This document shows, piece after piece, positions 12,927 to 26,356 of a stretch of 64,000 bases of DNA. The position numbers and the translations under genes were made by a program. Under the pieces are notes generated by a model. It was not told the DNA's origin. It did no database searches and saw nothing but the letters and a program-made list of their open reading frames with translations. Position 1 is the first letter of the stretch. Each line of letters begins with the position of its first letter. The stretch comes from Adineta vaga (lineage: Eukaryota; Animalia; Rotifera): the NCBI GenBank assembly GCA_021613535.1, contig CP075492.1:18786001-18850000 (forward strand). Reading direction: 5' to 3'.

Positions 12927-14018
12927 TCAGTTTTTGACGGTTGCAGTAGTAATTCTCCGTTGGTTCGTTGCACAGACGATTAATACATAGAACTTCTGTT
13001 TTAGTTCAGACATCGTGATAAGAGTTGCATATGGTAAAATTATAGCTGGGACATAAGTTAAATGAGAAATATATGGTGATAGGACATTACTACCGAACGT
13101 AGGAATTCCTGACCATCGTACAATAATAATAGCAATGTAAGGTAAATCACATAGGAGATACACAATAGATACGAAAAGAAATTGAAGAATCATTTTTCGA
13201 TATCGTCGCCAATCGGTACGTCGTTGTAAACCATGTTTCTGAATAATAACGCGAAGAATAAGTGCAAAACCAAGAACGACAATAAGTAGAATTGGAATAG
13301 TATAGTTTACCAATGATTCATACCAAATGTACCAAGCAGAAACTGTACGACGATAACACAAACCACCACATAACTCAGAACTGTCATTATATACGGGTTT
13401 ACAAGGATAAATAAAAACAAAATAGAAGTAAAGAATAGGTGCATAAAGAGTGAAAGCTGCAAGTGGTAGATAATGAAATAATATGCGTCTACGCTTTGTC
13501 GCAACTAGTGTCGAGTGAAAGATGAGAATGTGCCGTTCGATCGATGTCCATAACATTAAGAAAATAGCTCCATACCAAATGCCATAGTCTACATATTGTT
13601 GAGTAAGACAAAAACCTGGTGTTAACGGTGATATATATCCAAGTCGCAAATAATTCATTGTCATCGATACATAAATGGTAAGATGCGTAAAGTTGAAAAT
13701 CAGCATAACAATAATGACATGATTATGAAGGGCTGTGCGTGAAACTCTACTAGCTAAAAGATGATAGATATTGAATAGATAACATGGAATAGATACCAAT
13801 TGACTAAATAAAAATAATCCGAATTCAATATTTTGCCAACTTCGTGAAACATAAACGGATTTCATAGTAGTGTTGTTCATTATTGCAAGTTTGATATTTT
13901 CTGTAGAAAATGTTCGTAAACTTGGAGAGATCGTTGTGAAAATATATATCAAAAGGATAATTACATCCGCTATACTCAGAAAAACTGACATAAACCACAC
14001 ATTTTCCTCATCGAACAT
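12927..14018 (-). CDS. Rhodopsin-like orphan 7TM GPCR (true start probably MNNTT near 13880)
   Basis: 7TM pattern; SIERH motif; HNHVII and FHYLP motifs shared with the GPCR at 9097. Confidence 0.85.
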   Translation of the reverse strand: MFDEENVWFMSVFLSIADVIILLIYIFTTISPSLRTFSTENIKLAIMNNTTMKSVYVSRSWQNIEFGLFLFSQLVSIPCYLFNIYHLLASRVSRTALHNHVIIVMLIFNFTHLTIYVSMTMNYLRLGYISPLTPGFCLTQQYVDYGIWYGAIFLMLWTSIERHILIFHSTLVATKRRRILFHYLPLAAFTLYAPILYFYFVFIYPCKPVYNDSSELCGGLCYRRTVSAWYIWYESLVNYTIPILLIVVLGFALILRVIIQKHGLQRRTDWRRYRKMILQFLFVSIVYLLCDLPYIAIIIVRWSGIPTFGSNVLSPYISHLTYVPAIILPYATLITMSELKQKFYVLIVCATNQRRITTATVKN

Positions 14019-14246
14019 GCAAATTAATGAGAAATCATGTATTGTATCTTTATATTCGTGCTATGAAGGAATAAAGTAAACACGTACATCCTTACCTGAC
14101 ATCGTTATCAAATTTCTTTTCAAATAAAATAATGATGTGAGTGTGAAGTGTTTCACTCGTTTACCTTTTACATCGATACTCGCTCGATGTCATTTCTGAC
14201 AATAATTCCTTCAGAAGAGTTCGAGGAGTTGATCCTTATACCATAG

Positions 14247-14321
14247 TTGAGGATGTGCATGTCAATATATGAAGATAGTCATATCTTATTTACAGCAACA
14301 TACACATATTCACTCTCAGAT
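14247..14321. repeat. Palindromic junction element, copy 7 (degenerate)
   Basis: TTGAGGATGTGCATGTC...CATACACATATTCACTCTCAGAT. Confidence 0.5.
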
Positions 14322-14973
14322 CATAGACGATTTTCGCTGAAATCTTGCACTTTTAAAGTTTCGAAACTTTTGTGTGTTGAATTTAAAAGAAGATTCAGAA
14401 AAGAACACTAAGCAGTATCGTGCTGTTTCTTTCACACAGTTATTCTCAGAGTAAAAGGAAAAAAAGAAAGTCATCTAACTAAGGACATTTCTTTCAATTG
14501 CGATGATCGGAAAATGTTCATCATTTTGGTGGAGCCATATGCCTAGAAAAAACGCGTTTTGACCGCTAAAATTAGTACATATAACTTATTTTTATAGATC
14601 GAATGTAGATATACACGTAGAATATTTTTGAAAAAGCACATTAATAATTCTTCTTACGGAATTATCAGTATTCTGAAACAAGTGTTGAATCGCGGTTCAT
14701 TTCTCTCGATATCTTTATGATTATACTTGCAATAATTTTTTCTAATTCTAATTTTTCTTGAAAGAACATTTCATATAGTTCCTATAAGAACTCTAAAGAT
14801 AAAAAAGTTTTACATTTGAATTATTGAGTTCAAATAATTGTTAAATGTTTCATCTTCTTTTTTTTAATATTATTTCTGTATAACAAACTATAGATAAAAG
14901 AAAATAACGACGATAACGTACGATTTCATAAGATTATTTCACTATTACAAGATTTGTTATAAGTCAGTTGAAG

Positions 14974-15060
14974 TTTGTAAATTACGATGGTTCTTTGGAC
15001 CAATAATAGAAACGATAACATTACATGAAATTTGTTTAGCTAGTATCAATGAATATTTAA
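14974..15060 (+). pseudogene. Isolated TM3 fragment of a paralog of the GPCR at 16116
   Basis: CKLRWFFGPIIETITLHEICLASINEYL versus CKLRWFFGPITGTIALDGICLAVINQYL at 16381-16467. Confidence 0.8.
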
Positions 15061-15174
15061 TTTTTCGAAAAATCTTGTCTGTTCATATGTACTTTTAATT
15101 TGCCAATAGATTTATTTAAATATTCGCATAATTCGTCTGATATAATATTAAGTGACGATAATTATGATGTTACC

Positions 15175-15241
15175 GGTGGGTGGTGGCGTGGGTTTCTTGT
15201 TAACCGATACTGTGACCACACGCAGACCCACACCCTCAAGA
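15175..15241. repeat. Palindromic junction element, copy 8
   Basis: GGTGGGTGGTGGCGTGGG...CCACACGCAGACCCACACCCTCAAGA. Confidence 0.8.
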
Positions 15242-16115
15242 AATGATGACATATAACAAGGAATCAGCAACCATATAGGATATTCAATATCGCAAGAGTG
15301 ACACGTTCTTTTGAAGCTGAAATCTTCAGGATATTTTTAAGAATCATGAGACTTAGGTATTGACAAAATTTCAGGTCGAAAATTCATAACTGGATTATCT
15401 CATATATGTCTTGCCGAAGTCAATAAGTTCGATATAATGACCATAACTCCAGAAAGACAGTGTATGGAGATGAACTCTTCTAGATTTCTTCTAGTCTCAT
15501 TGAGTTCTACAAACTGATAGAGATCCAACTGAAAAGAAAATTATTTTTGGTGAGGTGTTAAAGAAAGCAGTTTCATACTCGAACAGAACTTTATATCACT
15601 TCGACGATTATCTCTTTTTTACAACTTATCTATTCTTCTCTATACTCCATAAGTGTTCAGTTGGCTCCACCAACAGAACAATAAAATTACTAATCAATGG
15701 ACATTTTTAAAAGATAAAAATCGAATTATCATATTCGGATGAATATCATTCTTCAGAACAGTGTAGTTAGTTATTTTCAAATATTTAATTCTCTAATCGA
15801 CTGTTGGAGCACGAGATTAAGCATCGAAGGATGAATAAAAATATCTTTTCTACATGCAACCTCGCCCTTACTGAGCATTCCTATCTCTTTAATAAAAACG
15901 CGTTTTCCACTCCAATTATTGGGTTTGAACAAGCGTAAGATATCTTGAATTTTCCATTACTTTAATTTCTATATCGTATTTATTTTCAGCATTTCATCAA
16001 TCACATAAAAGAGACAAAAAAAAAAATAAACGACGAAGTATGAAAATTATTTTATAGATAAAAATTTCTATCAGAAAAAAGTTTTCCTTTCTAACTAATT
16101 CTTTTCTAAAAATAA

Positions 16116-17072
16116 ATGTCTTCTTCTGAATTAATTTATTTCAATTTCATATCTCGATCGATATCAATCTATGGTGGTTTATCATTATTTATACTTGGAA
16201 TTTTTGGTAATTTCATCAATATAATTCTCTTTATTTTTGATCATCATTTCAATAAATTGACAATATCAATATTTCTTGTATTTTCATTTTTTGGAAGTCA
16301 ATTAAATCTAATCACTGCATCATTACCTCAATTAATATTTCAATTGACTGGACATGATCCATTAATTAAATATGAAATCTTTTGTAAATTACGATGGTTC
16401 TTTGGACCCATAACTGGAACAATAGCTTTAGATGGAATTTGTTTAGCTGTTATCAATCAATATTTATTAACATTACGTAATATTCGATATCATCAATGGA
16501 TAACACAACAACGATCTTATTTTATTTGTTTATTTGTTTTATTTAATTTAATTCTATTATTAAGTCCAAATTTAATCTATTTTACACATTGGATTAATTT
16601 ATCGAATAAAACAACATGTGATATAATTAATCCAATAGCTGCGAATTATAATGTTTATATTGGTCTTGTAATTTATAGTTTAATTCCAATATTTGTTTTA
16701 TTAATATTTTCTTTCTTAACATGGTTAAATGTACGAAGAATTTTAATACGACGACAAAATATTGAACATACCATGATTCGTTTATTAATTGGTCAAATTC
16801 TCTTAGTTTTATTTACAACAATCGCTTTTGTAATAAGTCGAATATATTCACTTTATACAAAATATTTTTCGAAAAATTCTCTTCAACTCACACAAGAAAA
16901 TGTGGCTTTAAGTGTTACTACATTATTTAGTATGAGTACACATTGTCTATCTTTTTATGTTTATCTTTTTACATCGAAAACATTTCGTAAAAATATACGT
17001 GATATTTTCGTCAAACGACAAAATCGAATTCAACCAATGATTCCATTACAAAATATCGTTCGTCATCTATAA
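16116..17072 (+). CDS. Rhodopsin-like orphan 7TM GPCR, intronless
   Basis: GIFGN in TM1, FCKLR before TM3, FYVY..SKTFR after TM7. Confidence 0.9.
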   Translation: MSSSELIYFNFISRSISIYGGLSLFILGIFGNFINIILFIFDHHFNKLTISIFLVFSFFGSQLNLITASLPQLIFQLTGHDPLIKYEIFCKLRWFFGPITGTIALDGICLAVINQYLLTLRNIRYHQWITQQRSYFICLFVLFNLILLLSPNLIYFTHWINLSNKTTCDIINPIAANYNVYIGLVIYSLIPIFVLLIFSFLTWLNVRRILIRRQNIEHTMIRLLIGQILLVLFTTIAFVISRIYSLYTKYFSKNSLQLTQENVALSVTTLFSMSTHCLSFYVYLFTSKTFRKNIRDIFVKRQNRIQPMIPLQNIVRHL

Positions 17073-17123
17073 ATATTTATAGAAGGATTGTATTTTATCA
17101 TGTCTTTTGATTTTTCTCTATTA

Positions 17124-17372
17124 TTGCGGGTGAGAGTGAGGAGGGTGTGGGTGTGGGTGAGTGTGGGTGCAGATAAAGAAGAGATACCCACACCCACACC
17201 CTCACTCACACAGCGATGAATACAATATATTCCGACAAAAATTCAACAACAAAATATATATTACCGACCTATTAACTCCACCCATCAGAACAACTACCTC
17301 CAAACAAAATCACACATTCATATACATTTATTCTTATGGTAACTCTATACACACCCACACCCACACCCACCC
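17124..17372. repeat. Palindromic junction element, copy 9 (17124-17212) plus an extra (CCCACA)n tract at 17350-17372
   Basis: GAGGGTGTGGGTGTGGGTGAGTGTGGGTG...ACCCACACCCACACCCTCA, then ACACCCACACCCACACCCACCC. Confidence 0.9.
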
Positions 17373-18018
17373 TGCTGACTTATGCTAATGAAATTCATAA
17401 AAGGCAGCTGTCCAAAAAATTCAAAATAAAATGGAAGAGCAGTATGTCCTATTTCGCCTAATTTTGTGTCGATAAATGGAAGTTTCCAATCTTAAAGTTT
17501 AAACTAATTGCTATACAGAAATGAACTTTGTGTAACTAATCATAACAATTTTCTTGAATATTCCATAAAATAAAATCGAGTTTTTTATTTAATGTTCTCA
17601 CAATGTGTGGTCAACCTTAAACGTTACCTTTCAATATTAATTATAAAACATTAATCAAATAGCGCAATAGATAGGTGTTTTGAAAAAAGAAAAAAATGTA
17701 ATGTTCTATTAGAAAAATCTTTTTTTTAGTTTAATCATGTGACAGATGTATCAAATATAGAATACTTATAAGAAAACAAAGAAATCTATTCTGATCTATG
17801 TCAGAAAAAAACTAAATTGAGAACAATGATATATGATAATTATTCCAATTTACGTCAGCAACTACGCAAACAGGAACAAATTCATTTGTTCCTTTTTCAT
17901 CAGAATTTTTTACGAATGAAAACGCCTACAGATACTTTCAAAGAAGAACAGGAAGAAGAAAAAACCTGTATAAATACGCATAATTATATTCATTTTTTAT
18001 TGTGCAAAATATGCAAAA

Positions 18019-21000
18019 ATGTTTCAGTTGATAAATCTATTCTATTGGGTTCTGATCCGTTTAACTGTTGCTACACCACACATCAATCTTCATTATACAG
18101 ACTGGACTAGTAACAATGATAATAATGGATCACAACATGATTGTTTATGTGTTCTTACTCTTATTGAAGAAAGTCAATATCATCATCAAATAATGTTATA
18201 TTGTATGGATGAATTACCATCAGAATTTCATATTGATAAGAAGAATGTTTTATTTGAAAATTTTACTTTTGATGAACTTTCAAAACAACGTATAACAAAT
18301 CAACAATTATATGATTGGTCAACACCAATGGATATTATTGAAGATTATCAATCTTATTTAAATCAATTATCAACATCATCATCTTTAGCAGCACGTGTTT
18401 TCTATAATTGTACATTACCAAGATTCGGTTCCATGTGTCAATATGAATTATATAATTATCATGAAAATTATTCATCTTTATATGAAATCATTTATGATTT
18501 CTATCATAATTATGAATACGATCTAGAAATTGTAACTTGCTATACACATTTAGAATGCTATCGTGGTCCTTATCCATCATGTTTAGATTGGAGCGAAATT
18601 TGTAATGGAAAAGTTGATTGTCTTGATGGTGAATTTGATGAAGAACATTGTTGGCAACTTGAAATGAATACATGTCAAGACAATGAATTTCAATGTCCTA
18701 ATGGACAATGCATACTAAAATCATTTATTCAAGATAATATTAATGTTAGTTATTGTCTTGACGAAGCTGATGATTATTATCGACTTAGCCTCGGTTTTAC
18801 TCCCTGTGAAATGACAGAACCATCATTTAGTTGCGAAGATATAAGGCGTAATGAAAAGTTTTTGACAAGTTCGTATTTCTCGCAACGAGAGAGTATATTA
18901 TTACGTGCCCTGTTTTCTGTCTAGTATATTTCTATATCTGATGATTGTTGGTTTTCATGCATATGTAAGATTTACTGGGACCTTTTAGGTGCTTCGATTT
19001 GTCAGAATTATTGTTCTGATGGTGAATGTAATGAAGTTATTGAGAGAGAATGTCCAGACATGATGTTTATTCCTGCTATTCCAGTTTTATTTGGTCAAAT
19101 TTATTTTGCGTATAGAAAAAATCATTCAAAAATTTCAAACAATTCAGATTTTGGTTATCCTTACGTATGTTATAATAGTTCAATTTATGATAATTATTTT
19201 ATCAATTCATCAAAAGTATTCTTCAATAATACAATATGTTATTATCGTCAAAATAGACTTTTTCTATATCCTTCATTATTAGGTTGGGATAAACAGTATT
19301 TATTACCTTATTATCGTGATCTTTGGGAGTATCATTACATTTCAAAATATAATCAAAGTTCTAATTATATTTCTAGAGTGTGTAACAATTCAAATATTTA
19401 TCGATGTAATAATTCAATTCAATGCATTTCGATGGACAAAATTATGAACAAAATCATCGATTGTCCTAATGGAGATGATGAAAATATGCTTTATGTTGGT
19501 AATATTATTTTACCAGACCAAATCAGAGGTGTTTTTTATACGTATCCCGAAAACATAAAAATGATGTTTCGATATGTAAGAAAACACATATTATTTCAAA
19601 CAATTTGTGATGGATTCGTTGAATTAGCACCAATACTTATTGGTGAACAAAATCACACAGATGAAACAGAATGTGAACAATGGCAATGTAATAATATCTA
19701 TACTCATTGTGATGGTTTATGGAATTGTCGTAATGGTGCGGACGAAATTGGCTGTAATTCATTTCCATTATTAAATTGTTCTCCGAATGATCACATATGT
19801 GTTTCGCCTCATACAAACAAATTTATGTGTTTACCTATTACGAAAGCAAACGACGGTAATATCGATTGTGTTGGAGCTTCTGATGAAACGTTACTATGTC
19901 AACGTATGCTGTATGAGTTACACAATAGAAATAATTTTCATTGTATAAAGGGAAACAGTGGTTATTGTATTGCCTTTTTTGATCTATGTGATGGTTATCA
20001 AGATTGCATTGATGGAAGTGATGAACAATTCTGTGAAAAAAATCGAACATATCAGGAATTTGGTGATGCTATTTGTCAACCATCTGTTTTACCATTTGCT
20101 TCTGATGTTGAGCAGTTTATATGCAACCGTATGAAGACCTTTGTGAAACAACACCTCATATATTTTTCACTCGACAGAATGCATAAAAAAATCGAAGACA
20201 AATCAAAAAATATCGAAAATAGTATATTATTAAATCCAATTATGAATAAAATGTCTCAACAAATTCAACATAATTGTAATCGTGGTGTTGATTTACGTGT
20301 TTGGTCGAATAATGAGAATAATTCAACACGAATAACATGTCTTTGTCCACCTAGTTATTATGGTGATAAATGTCAGTATCAAAATGAAAGAATAAGTTTA
20401 ACACTACAAGTTCGAGTATTATCTGATTCTTGGCAAATACCATTTTCAATAATTATTTTACTTATTGATAATACTGATCAAAGAATAATTCATTCATATG
20501 AACAATTAAATTATTTATCTGTAAAACATTGTAAGATGAAATATAATATTTATTTAACTTATTCAACTCGACCAAAAGATTTTAAAAAAAATTATTCGAT
20601 ACATATTGATATTTATGAAAGAATTTCATTAACTTATCGTGGAAGTTATTTATTTCCTATTTATTTTCCATTTTTACCTGTTCATCGTTTAGCATTAATA
20701 GTTGATATTCCACAAAAAGATGATAAAAATATTCAAACTTGTTCCAATAATCAATGTAATCATGGGAAATGCATCAAATATTTAAATAATGCAGAAAATA
20801 TAACTTATTGTAAATGTGATAGAGAATGGTTTGGAAAATATTGTAATATTCAACAATTTTGTCAATGTTCTAATGATTCATTATGTATTGGTGTTTTACC
20901 TAACAATCGATCTATATGTATTTGTCCTATTGATAAATTTGGTTCTCGATGTCTTCTTCCTAGTTCAATCTGTCAAAATTCAACATGTCAAAATGATGGT

Positions 21001-22662
21001 CAATGTATTCCTAATGATAATCATATGATACACAATCATATGATTGTATGTATTTGTTCAAAAGGGTTTATTGGAGATCGATGTGAAGCAGTTGATAACA
21101 AACTTATTCTATCTTTTGAAAAAAATATCATTCGAACACAATCAATATTTATTCATTTTGTAGAAGTTGTTAAAAATAATATTCCAAACAGAGCAACAAC
21201 ATTTAAAATGATTCCTATTAGACAAGATTCAATTATAATCTATTGGTCACAACCATTTCATCTTGTTTTCATTGAACTTTTTGAAAAGAATTATTATTTA
21301 GTTGTTCATGAAACTATTTACAATCAATCGACAACAATTGTTAAAATGATAAATCCATCTGATCATTGTCAACATATAAGTAAAATATTTAATGAAAGTT
21401 TCGCTAAATTAGATCTTATTCGTCGTATTAAATACTATCATTTAATATGTGAATTATATTCATCAAATTTAAAATGTTTTTATGATAATATTTATCTTTG
21501 TTTATGTTATGATTTTAATCAAAAACGTTTAGCTAATTGTTTTGAATTTGATCATAATATGACATTTGATTGTTTAGAACAAAGTGTTTGTGAAAATGAT
21601 GGTCAATGCTTTCAAGATCATCCAAATTGTCCACATAAATCAATATGTATTTGTCCTTTATGTTATTACGGAACACGATGTCAATTTAGTACAAGTGGAT
21701 TTGATTTATCACTTGATGCTATTTTAGGTTATCATATTCTGCCGAATATTAGCATCATACATCAACCAGTTATTATAAAAATTAGTTTAGCATTAACTAC
21801 AATCTTTATTGTGGTCGGATTAATTGATGGTGTTCTTTCTATGATAACATTTAAAACTGAAAAAGTACTTGAAGTTGGCTGTGGTGTGTATCTATTAGGT
21901 TCATCTATTACTACTCTACTTACAATGATGATATTTGAATTAAAATTTTGTATACTTCTTCTTGCACAAATGACTGTCATATCAAATAGATTATTTTTAC
22001 GAATTCAATGTATTTCTCTTGATTTTCTTCTACGAGTCTGTCTTAACATGGATCAATGGTTAAATGCATGTGTAGCTATGGAACGAGCAATAACTGTAGT
22101 ACAGGCTAATCGTTTTAATAGGAAAAAAAGTAAACACGGAGCTAAATTAGCTATTATTGTTCTTTTGGTTATTAATATTGGTACATCTATTCATGATCCT
22201 TTTTATCGACGTTTGATTGATGAAGAAAATGAGGACGAAAAGAGAATCTGGTGTATTACTACTTATCCATCTGGTTTACATGCATTCAATTCTATTATAC
22301 ATATATTTTATTTTCTTGCTCCATTTCTAATCAATCTAATTTCAGCTGTTATTCTTATAATAAAGAAATCTCGTCAACAATCAAATGTTCAGACTAATCA
22401 AACTTATATAGAACTTTTACGAAAACAATTTGGAGACCATAAACATTTATTGACTGCTCCTATTATACTGATTATTCTTGCATTACCACGTTTAATTATA
22501 TCTTTTGCATCGAAATGTATGAAATCAGGCAATGATACATGGGTACTTCTTATTGGATATCTTATTTCATGTATTCCACCTATGCTTACTTTTGTTATAT
22601 TTATATTACCATCCAAATTTTACAAAAGTCAATTTCATAAGAGTGTGGGTGTGGGTGAATGA
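18019..22662 (+). pseudogene. Large LDL-receptor class A / EGF-repeat 7TM receptor with one in-frame TAG (18922-18924); C-terminus ends in palindrome copy 10
   Basis: ORFs 18019 and 19060 share a frame that stays open between them. Signal peptide, LDLa motifs (CDG..DC.DGSDE), EGF repeats and a 7TM domain with MER motif. Confidence 0.85.
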
Positions 22663-22702
22663 GTCGTCTCTCTATACCTACGCATACACCCATCCTCAAG
22701 AT
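22641..22702. repeat. Palindromic junction element, copy 10
   Basis: GAGTGTGGGTGTGGGTGAATGAGTCGTCTCTCTATACCTACGCATACACCCATCCTCAAGAT. Confidence 0.9.
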
Positions 22703-22858
22703 GCTACGATAGTATATAACAAATAGCGAGAAAAATATGTTCCACAGATACAACATTCTCTGGGATCCAGAAAAAGTTGACAAGCATTGTGCACGTTTTA
22801 TACCTTCTCGAAAATGTCTTTTATTGAGAGAAAAGAGAAAAAATGTTTAAGATGAATT

Positions 22859-25800
22859 CTAATTGTTATTGAAATTGTTACAAAATCTTTGTTTTAATGG
22901 ATTTAAATTTTCAAAAAAGATTTTAATTCTTGGATGATCATCGGATGCTTCTATCCTTGCTGTGGAAATTGCTAATTCAATATACTCAATTGCCTTAGAG
23001 AAATCCCACAGGCGTGTATAAGCTAAGCCTATCCCATGATAAATTTCAGCCATCCATAAATGATTGGAATTTTGCTTTAAAGTTGAGTCAAGTGCTTTTT
23101 CGTAATTAGTAAGCGCCATTGTCCAATTTTGTTGTCGATAATATACTTGAGCAATACTAAAATAAATTTTTGACTTCTCATGTTCCAAATTTTCTGAACA
23201 GAATGTGTCACATGTTTCATTTTGACTGAAAAGTTCAATAGCTTCATTAAAACACTTGGTAGCCAATTGAAAATTTCTTTTTCATAGATAAATATTTCCA
23301 ATACTACTGAGCAGTGATAGACGTTTCACAATATGACATGTTGATGTCTGCTCGAGTTCGTCACGAAAATTTGACAACAGATGATCTTGTTGATCATAAT
23401 CATCCGGTACACAGATGATCGTCTTATTTGGTTCAGTATATCCCAACTTAGAATCATCTGGATTGCTTTTTAGAAGATCTAAATGGTGCTGCAATGTTTG
23501 AAATTTAAGCGGATTCTTCGGTAGAATTATGATTCGAGCAATTTCAACAGCTTTTTCCATGTATTCTAAAGCAGATGTTATGTCTTTTTTTCTCATATAG
23601 ATTTTGGATAATAATGAATATGTATGAACAAATTTTTCATGATTTTCTGGAAATATTTTCAACTGATTATCTAAAGCTTTACGTGCAATCTTTAATGCTT
23701 TGATATTATTTCCTAAACTCAATTGTATATTTGCAATTTGCAATTGTACTATGGAAATGATAATATGATTTTCACCAGCTTGTGATCGTAAAAGTATTCT
23801 TAGTGCTGTTTCTGAATGATATAGAGCTCTTGGTAAATCCTTCATGTCTATGTACACCGTACTTAAATTGTTATGTATCACAACTAGTGACTCATGATCG
23901 TTACCAAATGTGTTAGTATCAATTTTCAGCGCTTTTTCTAAGACTTCCAAAGCTCTCTGAGGTTCATTTATCCTTTGATAGAGATTTCCCAAATTGATGT
24001 AAATTGCAGCGAGATCTGTATGTGTAGAAACGGTGCCCTTGAGGCGAATATCTAATGCATGGTGTAAATATTTTAAAGCATTATCATAATCATTTAATTG
24101 TGTGTATATTTCACCTATATTATTATACATCGTTGCTAATACTGGTGCATATTGATTTGTTTTCAAGACATGCTCTTCAATATGTAATGTTTTTTGAAAA
24201 TATTCTAATGCTAAATGTTTTTCACCTTGATCTTTATATAGCATGGCAATTTGATTGTATGTATATGAAAGTGATTGCGGTAGCTTTTGAATATCTAACG
24301 CCTTTAAAAAATATTTGAGAGCTAAATTGAGATCGCCCAAACGTTGATGAGATACACCTATATCAACATGTTGTCTACCGATATTTTCTCGTTGATCAAA
24401 GATATCAGGTCTTGAGAAATATTCCAAAGATTTTTCGTGATATTCGATTGCTTTCTGATAATCTCCTTTACTAAGCGATATTGAACCCAGATCTGCGTAA
24501 ATTTGACCTAATTTGAAATTACCTTCAGGAATATATTCAAGTAACATAAGAAAGTAACGTTCTGCTCTTTCATAATCACCTATTACGTGTAAGACTAGTC
24601 CTAGACCACGTAAATTACTTTCACTACAATATTGTTTCTCTAATTCATTTTGAAGTTCATGAAGATCGCTATTTTTATCGATGAGTTTTAATTTTACGCA
24701 CCAAAATCCTTCTAAAGATCGTTTATCTTCAACAGATACAATGCGAAATATCGATCCAACTGCAAATAAGACTTCACGTTCATCTGGAAATCTACTGAAT
24801 TCTTCAATTCCAGCAAATGGTCTTTTAATTATTGTACCAGTAATATCAAGTTCAATTTCAAATAAAACTGATAACATTGTTGAATCTAAACCAGAACCAC
24901 CGTATATCGTAGCAACATGGCGTTCTCTACTTGTAGATAAGAATGTATTAACTGACATTAAACCATCAATATTATCTTGGATAATTTGAAATTCTTCATG
25001 AGTCATAAATTGTCCCCGAAATACAGTATGTGGAAGTTGATCAGGAAATTGTTGACAGTGTAAGTCTTGTAATTGTTTGTATACATCGGCCAAGAAAAAT
25101 CGACATATAAACAATAGATCAATATTTTCTGTTCGAAAAGCTCGATTAAATAAACGATATAAAAATGAATCATTTGTATAAAATCTAACAGCTTCCGTAG
25201 GTTTATAATTCTTTTCAAAGTTGTCTATATCTTCCTTTGCTTTTCTATCATAAATTGTTTTCATTGAATCATCATTATTATTATCATCACCACAAGGTAT
25301 TCCATAATGTTTTCGACATTCATACAACATATCAGATTTTGCTTGTTCATTATAAGGTATTTTAATTAAAATATCAATCAGCAATTGAAACCATAAAAAA
25401 CGAACGTTTTCTTTGTTTAGATCTCGAACTGTTTTATCCTTATTATCGCGAAGAAAAACGCTCAAAGGCATTTCAGAACACTTTAGACGTCGTTTATATT
25501 CATTAGATAATTCTTCAGATAGACTCACAATATCAGAATATATTCCATGTAATTTTGGAATAGATGTCATTGATCTTACGATTGATTCTTCTTCATTTTG
25601 AAGAATATAAACGGTAATCACTTGTGAATAGGCGGAAATCTGTTCTACAATCATTGTATTATCTGTGTGAGATATAATCACAAAGAAATTCGTATCCGTA
25701 GATAGTTTGATAAAATCCATACATTGATTGACACAAAAGAATACTTTCAATGAATCGATTATATTGGATATCAATGATGTATCAATTGAGATATTATTTT

Positions 25801-26356
25801 TGTCATTCTGTAACCAAATAATCGAGTATTTATCGATATTAATTGGTTCTTGTATTAAAAGTTTCGTTTTTCTTTTTATAGGCTTAACGACTTTCATTGG
25901 CATTAAGTCTTGTTGAAATCTTTCGATATCTTTAAGTAAATAGTCATCTGCATTTGCTGACTCTTCGTTAACAATAGCTCGCAGTTTTCGATATTGTTCT
26001 GTAGTGTATGGTATGTTATTTGGAATTTGAGAATAAATATAAAAAAATACTACTTGAGGTAAATCATGAATTAATTCGATTAAATAACTAAATTTATCAG
26101 TTAATGTAAGAAATATTTTTCGCCATTCATATGATGCAATAAAATTTATACATTGATCGGCATCATAAAATGTCATGAAACTTTTTTCAATAATCAAATT
26201 ATCCATATTACTTATGGCTGTCCATACTTTACATAATCGAAAATCTTCACCAATTTCATAACGCTCGTCCAAATGTATTTCAAGGAAACTTTCATTACCA
26301 TAGTCTACCTCTGAAATACTATCGATTGGCACGGGTAAAATTGTCCAAGAGTCCAT
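22859..26356 (-). CDS. Mono-ADP-ribosyltransferase (R-S-E type) domain plus TPR repeats; in-frame TGA at 23282-23284 truncates the last TPRs
   Basis: Catalytic motifs VFRGQ, FLSTS and DEREVLF are followed by many TPRs. ORF 22859-23266 is in the same frame. Confidence 0.85.

Noticed and set aside
17350-17372. True telomere or chromosome end
   Set aside because: Only about three hexamer units, located internally and flanked by genes.
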